64,000 bases of DNA from Antedon mediterranea (lineage: Eukaryota; Animalia; Echinodermata), in NCBI RefSeq assembly GCF_964355755.1, contig NC_092673.1:19155648-19219647 (forward strand), written 5' to 3'. The translations under genes and the position numbers were made by a program. Below are positions 14,601-29,600 of the stretch, one piece after another. Below the pieces are notes generated by a model. The model saw nothing but the letters and a program-made list of their open reading frames with translations. It ran no database searches and had not been told where the DNA came from. How positions within the stretch are numbered: the stretch's first letter is position 1; each line of letters opens with the position of its first letter.

Positions 14601-17600
14601 AAGTAAAGCCTCCTATCAAAAGCCCCTTGAGGTTTATTGAAGGTCCCTTTCATCTTAAAATCATCATCATCATGATTAAAATCTCTTTATTTTTGTTATG
14701 TGTACTGTTTTGATGTATTGAATAAAGAGATTGATTTGATTTGAAAAATGATTTATTTAATATTTTTATTTCAAAGGAATTTTAAAGTTTGCGTTTTTGT
14801 GTTATTTTTATCGTATTAATAGCAAAATAATTTACATCTTGCAACATATCACAACTTCCATGTATACTACTATCCCACTGAATTATTTAATCTATAATAA
14901 ACCTGTGAATGATATATCATAAATGTTAATTTTCTTTATCTGGACATTCTTCTTCACTTGATGAGAAATCAAATCTTTATCGTTTGCAATGAAACTAGTT
15001 GATCCTAAAATTTCAATAATTAAAACTTCAATTACCTTCTAAGAAGTTTAAAATTTCAGTTTTTCTTTGCTCCTCTATCCACCTGTTACTTTCTAAAAGA
15101 GAGACAAGTGTATTTCCATCCTATTAAAAAAATGGGTTTAGTTATTAGTAGTTTTGAGAAATTATTGATATACAATATAACACACTTTAATTGCGCATCA
15201 CATACATACAGTATTATGTCATGGCTCAAACATTTACCATCTAGAGATTGGATGAAAGAGCATCACGTGATAACACGTAGATTTACTATTTTTAACATTG
15301 GTTGTAAATTAGGACGTGAATAGAAATTAATATTTGCTAATAAATGACATCAACTTGTACAGTGCGCCACCTATAACTCCTGTATCCAAACCAAAACTTA
15401 AGCGCTGCCGTTTATAGTCTACCGCCTTCAACATTGAAAGATGGAGGAGAGAGAGAAAGAGATAAAAGTTTAATAAAAGTTTACTTTGGAACAGTAGGTA
15501 GATGTGTTAAAATGTTTGAGCCATAATATAAAACAACTAGAAAGCCACTCCGAGAGTGCATACCTCCGCCTACTGTAAAATTCTCCTACATAAGATTTCT
15601 CCGGTAAAAAAAAAAAAATATGTATATTTGTGTGTGTCTTAATGCTGTTTGTGATTTAGGCTAATTTCACTACAAGCATGTGTATGCGAGTTTGGTGTAA
15701 TGGTTATGTAACAAGCCTTTGAATTAACAATAGCTTCAGTTGACTAACAATAGAACAGCAACACGAAAATCAAACGAGTGAATTTGAAAAGAAAATGGGT
15801 TTTTTAAACTACTGGCATAAAAAAACGTGCACATTAAATCAAATTATGTTTTAAAATTACAAATCACGAATTATAACTCTTGCCTCTTGTACAAAAATGA
15901 AGTTTTTTGGACAAGTAGTTCTCGAGAAAATGCAATTTCAGTATACTTGTTACTTTAAGACTGCTCGCCGGCTTTTGAAAAATGTTGTCCTATCTTTTAA
16001 CACTAGCAGGTTTAAAAAAGTATACTAAAAAGTGGTCCAGAATTGGGACAATGGTCCCAAAATTTAATGGAATGGTCCTTGACTACATATCTATCTGTAT
16101 ATTCATTTTGGTAAAGATCTTGTAATTACATTTTGAGTAATCCTGCTAACAAACAAACACACGCTACCGATTACATATACCTCCTTGGCGGAGGTAAACA
16201 AATAGTTTTACTATAAACTTTCAAAGCAAATAATATTTGGATACTATCCAGAAACAAATGAAATATCCCTGTATAATCCCTGTACATTACCTTCTTTGCA
16301 ATGTTGCTGGTGTATAATACTGACAACAGACATTATGTGAAATTGGGTTTTTTTGGTCAACCCAAACCACAGCAACAATTACTGCTAAATAATGTGGTAA
16401 ATAATCATAAATGTCGACTATTGATAAATGAAAACAAAATATAATATCTTACCATGGATCAAATGTAGTATAGTGTCATTAAAATCTACTTACTGTACAA
16501 TATCAATCACAAAATTTGAACATTAATAATTTAATACATATTTTATAAAATTGTACAAACAAATGTTTAGATGTTAAACATAATGTATGAGGCCAATAAG
16601 CAGTTAAATGAATTTACATATAAATTTAGGTAATGGGAAATTTCAGTAAATTAAGTGCAACTTCTAGAATTTTTACTCAATGGTAGAGAAAGTTGGTACA
16701 TCCTTTCAGTACTGATTTTTAACACCCAATGAAACCAATATCATAATTAAGATAAGTTAGATATTAACGATAACAAATTTAGTTTAAACCATTTGCCTCA
16801 ATGAAAATCATATCATATCATGAAGCCTGATACCATCCCATCATCAAATGTACCAAGACAGGAATTTGGTGAACAATACCATGCAATAAACAAAATTAAG
16901 GTAATTCTCAGGATGACAATTATATTTGACTACATAAATTCCATCATATCTGTATTCATTTGCTTTGTGTACAGTGCAATTTTCAGTTATTTACCAAAGT
17001 TCATGTATTCAAGAAACATCTATGAGCACTTACTAGTATATTATATTTTAACAAGAAATCATTTTTCCAAAAAAGTCATAAGATAAGAGATGGAACTTTT
17101 CTTAAAAGCATTCAGTTTGAAAAGAATAATTTCATATTACCTTTCTTTTTAAATTGCATTACTCAAACAATTTAGATTTTGAAAACTAACAAAACATTGT
17201 GTACATTTCTCTTCATTTTGTGGCAAAATGTTTGCACAAAAAGATCCTAGGTTGGAAAAAGATCTCCAGATGTAGTTTAAGGCCATGTTTATAATTAGCT
17301 GGATAGAATGACAGAAGCATTTTTTTAAGGTAAGGGAGGGAACAGGTTATTAATTAATAATTATTTTTTATTAAAATCAGATTCTATTAATTTTTTTAAC
17401 ATAAACATTTTTAGTTGTTTAGTAGTTGTCGCATTTTATTTCATATTTACAATTAATTAGACCATTGTCAATAATTGTTAATTAATGACTGAATATATAA
17501 AAAAAAATAGATTTTTTTGTTCATTAAGAAAATTAAAGATTTATGTTATATGATAGGTAACTGTAAACTTTAAATCAGTTATCATAAATCATATATAACT

Positions 17601-20600
17601 ATTTAGTTATTTTTTTATTTGGTTTGTTTTAATAAAATTTGATTTTTGTTAATGTGCTTACTTTTTTCTCTCATTAAATGGTTTACGTCAGCAGATCTAT
17701 ATGATGTTAGCCTATTACACTAGCAAATCCCTGTACATTACCTTATTTTGCAATGCTACTGGTGCCCCATGCTGAATGAGACACGTCACTATTTCTAAGG
17801 TAGGCACAGTATATCCACTCCACAGATATGAATGTAATGGAGTGTTACCATCCTGGAAAGGAATCATAATCATGAATGTTTATAAATACTGACAACAGAC
17901 ATTATGTGAAATTGTTTTTTTTGTGTAAATACAAACAACAACAATTACTGCTAAATAATGTGATAAAATCCTAATTATCATTATTGATAAATGAAAACAA
18001 AATAGAATATATTACCATGGATCAGATCTAGTAATTGTTAGCCTATTACTTAATGTAAGTAATCATTAAAATCTACTTACTGTACAATATCAATCACAAA
18101 ATGTAAACATTAATAAAATACATATTTCATAAAATTGTACAAACAAATGTTTAGATGTTAACAATATGAGACCAATAAGCAGTTTAATGAATTTACATAT
18201 AAATTTAGGTAATGGGAAATTTCAGTAAATTAAGTGCAACTTCTAGAATTTATACTCAATGGTAGAGAAAGTTTGTACATACTTCCGGTACTGATTTTTA
18301 ACACCTAATGAAAATCAGTGTACTATAAATGTACATAAATACAAAAAAACCAACACAAATACAAAAAAAATGCACAAAATTGCCCAAGAATACATGGTTT
18401 GATCGTCAATGCATAAAAAAGAAAATTATTATTCGTAGCATTCTTAATAAATATAGAAAATACAAAACTAACACCCTATTAAATGAATATCTGTTAAAGA
18501 AAAGGAGTTATAAAAAATTAATAAAATTAAAAAAAAATAAACATAAAAATTCATCACAACAAAAATTAATCAGGTTAATAAAGGAACATAACAGTACAAA
18601 ATTTTGGAAAAACCTTAAAACCAAACGACAACAAAACGTAACAAACATTACACTTAAAAAATGGCATGATTACTTCAAAACTATGTTCCAAAATCAAACA
18701 AATAATATACAAGAAATCAATATAGAAGACGATAACGATAACAATTGCGAACATAACGATTGTTACAATGAAGAAATCAGCCGGGAAGAGGTAATTTATG
18801 CAATTAAAGCACAGAAAAGGAGTAAAGCTCCAGGTATTGATGGATTCCCAATTGATTTTTTTACTTGTATCCCAAATGCTGCTATTAGCGCAATTACGAA
18901 CATTTTTAATAGTATTTTTACCTCTGGAAATTTTCCCCAACAATGGGCAACAAGCATTATTATTCCTATATTTCAAAAGCGTAAAAGAGATCAACCAGCA
19001 AATTATAGAGGCGTATCCTTAATATCCACTTTAGGCAAGGTGTTTTTAAACATTATAAGCAATAGATTAAGCAAATGGACAGAAGAAAATGAAATATTAC
19101 ATCAAGAACAGGGAAGGTTTAGAAAAGATTGTCGTACTATTGATAAAATATTTATTTTAGACACAATTGTTAACAAATATCTCTCAAAAAAACGAGGAAC
19201 TGTGTACATGGCGTTTATAGATTTAAAACGCGCTTTCGATTCTATTAGACACGATTTCCTTATAAGTAAACTAAGAAAATCTGGTATAAAAGGTAAAATA
19301 ATCAAAGTTATAAAAACAATGTATAGTAAACTAAAAGGGCATGTAAAGGTTGGCAACAAAATTGGAGAATCCTTTAAATGTGAAGTAGGAATACAACAAG
19401 GGTCACCTTTATCTTCATTATTATTTAATATTTTTATTAATGATATAACTGATTTATTACATACTGCTGAAAATCGAAACAAAATAAAAATTAATAACAT
19501 AAATATTAATCACCTACTGTATGCAGATGATCTAGTTTTAATCAGTGATACAGTGTACTCATTACAAGATCTTTTAAATAAATTAGCATATAACTATTGT
19601 AATAATAGGTGGGGATTGGTAGTTAACATTGACAAAAGTAAAATAATAGTATTTTAAAAAAATGGAAAACTTAAGAACTACGAAAAGTGGAATTAACTTG
19701 GTAAAGAAATTGAAATAGTAAAATCTCTTAAATATCTTGGAGTCACTTTCGATTGTTCAGGAATTTGGGAAAAGGCCAGAGAACAAAATAATACACAGGC
19801 TAATAAAGCACTTTTCTCACTCAAAAATATAGTATATCAGAAATATGGACATTTACTAGTGAATATTTGGAACTACTTATTTGATGTTAAAATAAACCCA
19901 ATTATACTGTATGGTAGTGAAATATGGGGAAAACTAAACAACAACAAAATTGATGATATTCAAAATAATTTCTGTAGATATGTTTTAGGGGTCGGGAAAT
20001 CAGCCACAAATGTTTCAATTAGAGGAGAATGTAGACGATTCTCTTTATCAATCGAAGGTGTACTCAATGTTATCCGTTATTGGGTAAGACTAGTAAATAT
20101 GAACGAGGACAGATATGCGAAGAAATGTTATAAATCTCAACTTCATAAAGCGCAAAATAATAGTAATTGTTGGGTAAGCGATGTAAAACATATGTTATGC
20201 TCTATTGGTCATGGAAACATATGGTTTTCACAAAATAATGTCCTTGATAAATTTCATATAATTAATAAAAATAAAAGAAAGGCTAACCGATATGGAACGC
20301 CAATCCTTTCATGAAAGCATAAATATTTCTTCAAAATTAAGATATTATAAAATGTTCAAAAACAATTTCGGAGTAGATGGATACTTACTACAGACCCTTG
20401 ATACTAGATATAAGCGAGCTTTAAGTCAACTAAGACTGGGCACACTTCAACTAGAGGTAGAAAAGGGAATATGGAAAAGAATAGAGCGCAACAATAGGTT
20501 ATGTAAAATATGTGATATAAATGAAGTTGAAGGTGAATATCATTTTGTTACAGTTTGCTCTCGTTACAAGGAAATCAGAAAAAAATTTATACCTTCTTTA

Positions 20601-23600
20601 TTTTTTGAAAATCCAAATACTTTTAAATTCTGCCGTTTAATTTCATCACAGGATCCAATAATTATTGATAATCTATCTAAATATATTTATCATGCTTATA
20701 AGTTAAGATATATGTTTTGCTTAGAGAACGAAATTAATTAATTCATTTATCCTGCGACCATAAATTGCTTTATTTTTCAATGTAATTATTATTTTATTAA
20801 TTACTAGGGGCCAGAGGCCTAAAGTAAATAAAGTAAGGCGATAAGCCTGAATGAATGAATGAATGAATGAATGAATGAATGAATGAATGAATGAATATTG
20901 ACGATCAAAACAAATTTATCATTTGCCTCGATGAAGATCAAAAAATGTTTGCACAAAAAGATCCTAGGTTGGAAAAGGATCTCCAGATGTAGTTTAAGGC
21001 CATGTTTATAATTAGCTAGATAGACTGACAGAAGCATTTTTTTTGTAAGATAAGGGAAGGAGCACATTATTAATTAATAATCATTATTAATTAAAAATCA
21101 TTTTTTTATTAAAATCAGATTCTATTAATTTTTGTTTAGTAGTTGTCCCATTTTATTTCATATTTACAATTAATTAGACCATTATCAATAATTGTTAATT
21201 AATAGCTGAATATACAAAAAAAATAGATTTTATTGTTCATTAAGAAAATTAAAGATTTATGTTATATGATAGGTATAATATATATAAATATATAACTATT
21301 TAGTTATTTTTTTATTTTGTTTGTTTTAATAAAATTTGATTGTTGTTTATAATGTACTTACTTTTTTCTCTCATTAAATGGTCTACTTCAGCAGATCTAT
21401 ATAATGTTAGCTTATTACACTAGCAAATCCCTGTACATTTACCTTATTTTGCAATGCTACTGGTGCCCCATGCTGAATGAGACACGTCACTATTTCTAAG
21501 GTAGGTGTATATTCATTCCTCAGATAGTCATGTAATATAGTGTTACCATCCTAGAAAGGAATCATAATGAAGTTTATAAATACTGACAACAGACATTATG
21601 TGAAATTGGGTTTTTTTTTTGTAAATACAAACAACAATTACTGCTAAATAATGTGATAAAATATTAATTATCATTATTGATAAATGAAAACAAAATATAA
21701 TATATTACCATGGATCAGATCTAGTGATTGTTAGCCTATTACTTAATGTAAGTAATCATTAAAATCTGAGAAAGTTGGTAAATACTTTCAGTACTGATTT
21801 TTAACACACAATGAAACCAATATCATAATTAAGCTAAGTTAGATATTAACGATAACAAATTTAGTTTAAACCATTTGCCTTAATGAAAATCATATCATGA
21901 AGTCTGATACCATCCCATAATAAAATGTACCAAGACAGGAATTTGGTGAACAATACCATGTAATAAACAAAATTAAGGTAATTCTCCGGATGACAATTAT
22001 ATTTGACTACATAAATTCCAACATATCTGTATTCATTTGCTTTGTGTACAGTGCGACTTAAGACAATTTCAGTTATTTACCAAGGTTCATGTATTCGAGA
22101 ACCATCTGTGGGCACTTACTAGTATATCACATTTTAACTGGCAACTTTATAGAATCATTTTTTCCAAAAAGTCATAAGATAAGATACGGCACTGTTTGAA
22201 AAGAATAATTTCATGTTAAATTTCTTTTTCCAATTGCATTGCTCAAACATTTTTAGATTTTGGAAACCACTATAAACTAAACATTATTTACATTTCTATT
22301 CCATTTGTGGCAAAATGTTTGCAAAAAAAAATGCTGGAAAAGGATCTCTTTAAGGCCATATTCAAACTGTAATTAGCTGGATATACTGACAGAAGTATTT
22401 TTTGTAAGGTAAGGGAAGGAGCAGGTTATTAACACTAACTAATTCTTTTTTATTAAAATCAGATTCTATTAATTTTGTTAACAATAACACAAACATTTTT
22501 GTTTGCTATTTAATTATTTGTCAACATACATTTTATTTCATATTTATAATTAATTAGACCATTTTCAATTGTTATTTACTTTACAGCTACATATTGAGCA
22601 ATATATATTTATTTTATGGTAAAAAGTATTTAAACAAAATTATACTGATTCACCTGAATATAAAAAATTACAAGTAGATTGTTTTTGTTCATTAAGAAAA
22701 AAATAAATGTTATTTGATGGATAACTGTATACTTTAAATCAGTTATCATAAATCATATATAACTGTTTAGTTATTACAGTATTTTAATTTGATTTTTTGA
22801 TTTTTGTTAATGTGCTTACTTTTTTCTCTCATTGAATGGTTTACTTCAGCAGATCTATATAATGTTAGCTTATTACACTAGCAAATCCCTGTACATTACC
22901 TTATTTTGCCATGCTACTGGTGCCCCATGCTGAATGAGACAAGTCACTATTTCTAAGGTAGGAGCAGTATCTCTATGAGTATATCCACCCCACAGATACA
23001 TATGTAATGGAGTGTTACCATCCTGGAAAGGAATCATAATCATGAAGTTTATAAATACTGACAACAGACATTATGTGAAATTGTTTGTTTTTTGTCAATA
23101 CAAACAACAACAATTGCTGCTAAATATTGTGGTAAATAATCATAATTATCATTATTAATAAATGAGTAGAACAAAATAGAATGGTTTACCACAGCATATC
23201 TATAGAATGTTAGCCTATTACACTAGCAAATCCCTGTACATTTACCTTATTTTGCAATGCTACTGGTGCCCCATGCTGAATGAGACAAGTCACTATTTCT
23301 AAGGTAGGTACAGTATATCCACTCCTCAGATATGAATGTAATGGAGTGTTACCATACTGGAAAGGAATCACAATGAAGTTTATAAATACTGACAACAGAC
23401 ATTATGTGAAATTGTTTGTTTTTTGCTGCTGTAAATAACAACAATTGCTGCTAAATAATGTGATAAAATCCTAATTATCATTATTAATAAATGAAAACAA
23501 AATATAATATATTACCATGGATCAGATCTAGTAATCGTTAGCCTATTACTTAATGTAAGTAATCATTAAAATCTACTTACTGTACAATATCAATCACAAA

Positions 23601-26600
23601 ATGTAAACATTAATAAAATACATATTTCATAAAATTGTACAAACAAATGTTTAGATGTTAACAATATGAGACCAATAAGCAGTTTAATGAATTTACATAT
23701 AAATTTAGGTAATGGGAAATTTCAGTAAATTAGGTGCAACTTCTAGAATTTATACTCAATGGTAGAGAAAGTTTGTACATACTTCCGGTACTGATTTTTA
23801 ACACCTAATGAAAATCAGTGTACTATAAATGTACATAAATACAAAAAAACAAACACAAATACAAAAAAATTGCACAAAATTGCCCAAGAATACATGGTTT
23901 GATCGTCAATGCATAACAACAACAAATTATTATTCGTAGCATTCTTAATAAATATAGAAAATACAAAACTAACACCCTATTAAATGAATATCTGTTAAAG
24001 AAAAGGAGTTATAAAAAATTAATAAAATTTAAAAAAAAATAAACATAAAAATTCATCACAACAAAAATTAATCAGGTTAATAAAGGAACATAACAGTACA
24101 AAATTTTGGAAAAACCTTAAATCCAAACGACAACAAAATGTGACAAACATTACACTTAAAAAATGGCATGATTACTTCAAAACAATGTTCCAAAATCAAA
24201 CAAATAATATACAAGAAATCAATATAGAAGACGATAACGATAACAATTGCGAACATAACGATTGTTACAATGAAGAAATCAGCCGGGAAGAGGTAATTTA
24301 TGCAATTAAAGTTAACATTGACAAAAGTAAAATAATAGTATTTTTAAAAAATGGAAAACTTAAGAACTACGAAAAGTGGAATTAACTTGGTAAAGAAATT
24401 GAAATAGTAAAATCTCTTAATTATCTTGGAGTCACTTTCGATTGTTCAGGAATTTGGGAAAAGGCCAGAGAACAAAATAATACACAGGCTAATAAAGCAC
24501 TTTTCTCACTCAAAAATATAGTATATCAGAAATATGGACATTTACTAGTGAATATTTGGAACTACTTATTTGATGTTAAAATAAACCCAATTATACTGTA
24601 TGGTAGTGAAATATTGGGAAAACTAAACAACAACAAAATTGATGATATTCAAAATAATTTCTGTAGATATGTTTTAGGGGTCGGGAAATCAGCCACAAAT
24701 GTTTCAATTAGAGGCGAATGTAGACGATTCTCTTTATCAATCGAAGGTGTACTCAATGTTATCCGTTATTGGGTAAGACTAGTAAATATGAACGAGGACA
24801 GATATGTGAAGAAATGTTATAAATCTCAACTTCATAAAGCGCAAAATAATAGTAATTGTTGGGTAAGCGATGTAAAACATATGTTATGCTCTATTGGTCA
24901 TGGAAACATATGGTTTTCACAAAATAATGTCCTTGATAAATTTCATATAATTAATGAAATAAAAGAAAGGCTAACCGATATGGAACGCCAATCCTTTCAT
25001 GAAAGCATAAATATTTCTTCAAAATTAAGATATTATAAAATGTTCAAAAACAATTTCGGAGTAGATGGATACTTACTACAGACCCTTGATACTAGATATA
25101 AGCGAGCTTTAAGTCAACTAAGACTGGGCACACTTCAACTAGAGGTAGAAAAGGGAATATGGAAAAGAATAGAGCGCAACAATAGGTTATGTAAAATATG
25201 TGATATAAATGAAGTTGAAGGTGAATATCATTTTGTTACAGTTTGCTCTCGTTACAAGGAAATCAGAAAAAAATTTATACCTTCTTTATTTTTTGAAAAT
25301 CCAAATACTTTTAAATTCTGCCGTTTAATTTCATCACAGGATCCAATAATTATTGATAATCTATCTAAATATATTTATCATGCTTATAAGTTAAGATATA
25401 TGTTTTGCTTAGAGAACGAAATTAATTAATTCATTTATCTTGTGACCATAAATTGCTTTATTTTTCAATGTAATTATTATTTTATTAATTACTAGGGGCC
25501 AGAGGCCTAAAGTAAATAAAGTCAGGCGATAAGCCTGAATGAATAAATGAATGAATGAATGAATATTGACGATCAAAACAAATTTATCATTTGCCTTGAT
25601 GAAGATCAAAAAATGTTTGCACAAAAAGATCCTAGGTTGGAAAAGGATCTCCAGATGTAGTTTAAGGCGATGTTTATAATTAGCTAGATAGACTGACAGA
25701 AGAATTTTTTTTGTAAGATAAAGGAAGGAGCACATTATTAATTAATAATCATTATTAATTAATAATCATTTTTTATTAAAATCAGATTCTATTAATTTTT
25801 GTTTAGTAGTTGTCCCATTTTATTTCATATTTACAATTAATTAGACCATTATCAATAATTGTTAATTAATAACTGAATATATAAAAAAAATAGATTTTAT
25901 TGTTCATTAAGAAAATTAAAGATTTATGTTATATGATAGGTAACTGTACACTTTAAATCAGATCATAAATCATATATAACTATTTAGTTATTTTTTTATT
26001 TGGTTTGTTTTAATAAAATTTGATTTTTGTTAATGTGCTTACTTTTTTCTCTCATTAAATGGTCTATTTCAGCAGATCTATATAATGTTAGCTTATTACA
26101 CTAGCAAATCCCTGTACATTTACCTTATTTTGCAATGCTACTGGTGCCCCATGCTGAATGAGACACGTCAGTATTTCTAAGGTAGGTGTTGTATATTCAT
26201 TCCTCAGATATGAATGTAATAGAGTGTCACCATACTGGAAAGGAATCATAATGAAGTTTATAAATACTGACAATAGAAATTATGTAAAATTGGTTTTCTG
26301 TTGTTAATACAAACAACAACAATTACTGCTAAATAATGTGATAAAATCCTAATTATCATTATTGATAAATGAAAACAAAATATAATATCTTACCATGGAT
26401 CAGATGTAGTGATTGTTAGCCTATTACTTAATGTAAGTAATCATTAAAATCTACTTACTGTACAATATCAATCACAAAATTTGAATATTAATAAAATACA
26501 TATTTTATAAAATTGTACAAACAAATGTTTAGATGTTAAACATAATGTATGAGGCCAATAAGCAGTTAAATGAATTTACATATAAATTTAGGTAATGGGA

Positions 26601-29600
26601 AATTTCAGTAAATTAAGTGCAACTTCTAGAATTTTTACTCAATGGTAGAGAAAGTTGGTACATCCTTTTAGTACTGATTTTTAACACCCAATGAAACCAA
26701 TGTCATAATTAAGCTAATTTAGATATTAACGATAACAAATTTAGTTTAAACAATATTGCCTCAATGAAAATCATATCATATCATGAAGACTAATATCATG
26801 CCATCATCAAATATACCAAGACAGGAATTTGGTGAACAATACCATGCAATAAACAAAATTAAGGTAATTCTCAGGATGACAATTATATTTGAATACATAA
26901 ATTCTAACATATCTGTATTCATTTGCTTTGTGTACAGTGCAATTTTCAGTTATTTACCAAAGTTCATGTATTCAAGAAGCATCTGTGAGCACTTACTAGT
27001 ATATTATATTTTAACGAGAATTAATTTTTTCAACAAAGTCATAAGATAAAAGACGGAACTTTTCTTAAAAGCATTCAGTTTGAAAAGAATAATTTCATAT
27101 TACCTTTCTTTTTTAAATTGCATTACTCAAACAATTTAGATTTTGAAAACTAACAAAACATTGTGTACATTTCTCTTCATTTTGTGGCAAATGTTTGCAC
27201 AAAAAGATCCTAGGTTGGAAAAGGATTTCTTTAAGGCCATGTTCATAATTAGCTGGATAGACTGACAGAAGCATTTTTTGTAAGGTAAGGGAGGGAGCAG
27301 GTTTTTAATTAATAATCATTTTTTATTAAAATCAGATTCTATTAATTTTTTTAACATAAACATTTTTAGTTGTTTACTAGTTGTCCCATTCTATTTCATA
27401 TTTACAATTAATTAGACCATTGTCAATAACTGTTAATTAATAACTGAATATATATAAAAAAATAGATTTTTTTGTTCATTAAGAAAATTAAAGATTGATG
27501 TTATGTGATAGGTAACTGTACACTTTAAATCAGTTATCATAAATCATATATAACTATTTGGTTTGTTTTAATCAAATTTGATTTTTGTTAATGTGCTTAC
27601 TTTTTTCTCTCATTAAATGGTTTACTTCAGCAGATCTATAGAAAGTTAGCTAATTACACTAGCAAATCCCTGTACATTTACCTTATTTTGCAATGCTAAT
27701 GGTGCCCCATGCTGAATGAGACACGTCACTATTTCTAAGGTAGGTGCAGTACTCCTCAAATATGAATGTAATGGAGTGTCACCATACTGGAAAGGAATCA
27801 TAATCATGAATGTTTATAAATACTGACAACAGACATTATGTGAAATTGGTTTTTTTTTTGTTAATATTGTACAAACAACAATTATTGCTAAATAATGTGA
27901 TAAAATTCTAATTATCATTATTGATAAATGAAAACAAAATATAATATATTACCATGGATCAGATGTAGTAATTGTTAGCCCATTACTTAATGTAAGTAAT
28001 CATTAAAATCTACTTACTGTACAATATCAATCACAAAATTTGAACATTAATAAAATACATATTTCATAAAATTGTACAAACAAATGTTTAGATGTTAACA
28101 ATATGAGACCAATAAGCAGTTAAATGAATTTATATATAAATTTAGGTAATGGGAAATTTCAGTAAATTAAGTGCAACTTCTAGAATTTATACTCAATGGT
28201 AGAGAAAGTTGGTACATACTTTCGGTACTGATTTTTAACACCCAATGAAACCAATATCATTTAAGTTAAGTTAGATATTAACGATAACAAATTTAGTTTA
28301 AACCATTTGCCTCAATGAAAATCATATCATATCATGAAGCCTGATACCATCCCATCATCAAATGTACCAAGACAGGAATTTGGTGAACAATACCATGTAA
28401 TAAACAAAATGAAGGTAATTCTCAGGATGACAATTATATTTGACTACATAAATTCCATCATATCTGTATTCATTTGCTTTTTGTACAGTGCAATTTTCAG
28501 TTATTTACCAAAGTTTATGTATTCAAAAAGCATCTGTGAGCACTTACTAGTATATTATATTTTAACAAGAAATAATTTTTCCAAAAAAGTCATAAGATAA
28601 AGAGACGGAACTTTTCTTAAAAGCATTCAGTTTGAAAAGAATAATTTCATATTACCTTTCTTTTTAAATTGCATTACTCAAACAATTTAGATTTTGAAAA
28701 CTAACAAAACATTGTGTACATTTCTCTTCATTTTGTGGCAAAATGTTTGCACAAAAAGATCCTAGGTTGGAAAAGGATCTCCAGATGTAGTTTAAGGCCA
28801 TGTTTATAATTAGCTGGATAGAATGACAGAAGCATTTTTTTAAGGTAAGGGAGGGAGCAGGTTATTAATTAATAATTATTTTTTATTAAAATCAGATTCT
28901 ATTAATTTTTTTAACATAAACATTTTTAGTTGTTTAGTAGTTGTCGCATTTTATTTCATATTTACAATTAATTAGACCATTGTCAATAATTGTTAATTAA
29001 TGACTGAATATATAAAAAAAAATAGATTTTTTTGTTCATTAAGAAAATTAAAGATTTATGTTATATGATAGGTAACTGTACACTTTAAATCAGTTATCAT
29101 AAATCATATATAACTATTTAGTTAATTTTTTATTTGGTTTGTTTTAATAAAATTTGATTTTTGTTAATGTGCTTACTTTTTTCTCTCATTAAATGGTTTA
29201 CTTCAGCAGATCTATAGAATGTTAGCCTATTACACTAGCAAATCCCTGTACATTTACCTTATTTTGCAATGCTACTGGTGCCCCATGCTGAATGAGACAC
29301 GTCACTATTTCTAAGGTAGGTGTATATCCACTCCACAGATATGAATGTAATGGAGTGTTACCATGCTGGAAGGGAATCATAATGAAGTTTATAAATACTG
29401 ACAACAGACATTATGTGAAATTGGGTTTTTTGACAATACAAACAACAACAATTAATGCTAAATAAAGTGGTAAATAATCATAATTAACATTATTAATAAA
29501 TGAGTAGAACAAAATAGAATGGTTTACCACAGCATATCTATAGAATGTTAGCCTATTACACTAGCAAATCCCTGTACATTACCATATTTTGCAATGCTAC

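Noticed and set aside
14903-15004. Extra in-frame phase 1-1 exon (GSTSFIANDKDLISHQ...)
   Set aside because: It is open and bounded by AG/GT, but it would need a 31-nt intron after the C-cap exon, which is too short for most animals. Left out of the model; RNA-seq could rescue it.
18575-19500. Antisense and alternative-frame ORFs over the LINE (18575, 18798, 19102)
   Set aside because: Shadow ORFs of the RT coding region.
16820-28600. Three similar 88-aa plus-strand ORFs (16820, 26783, 28334) as a small gene family
   Set aside because: They are part of the duplicated intron unit. The homologous copies near 21897 and 30093 have an early stop or a frameshift, and there is no recognisable domain.
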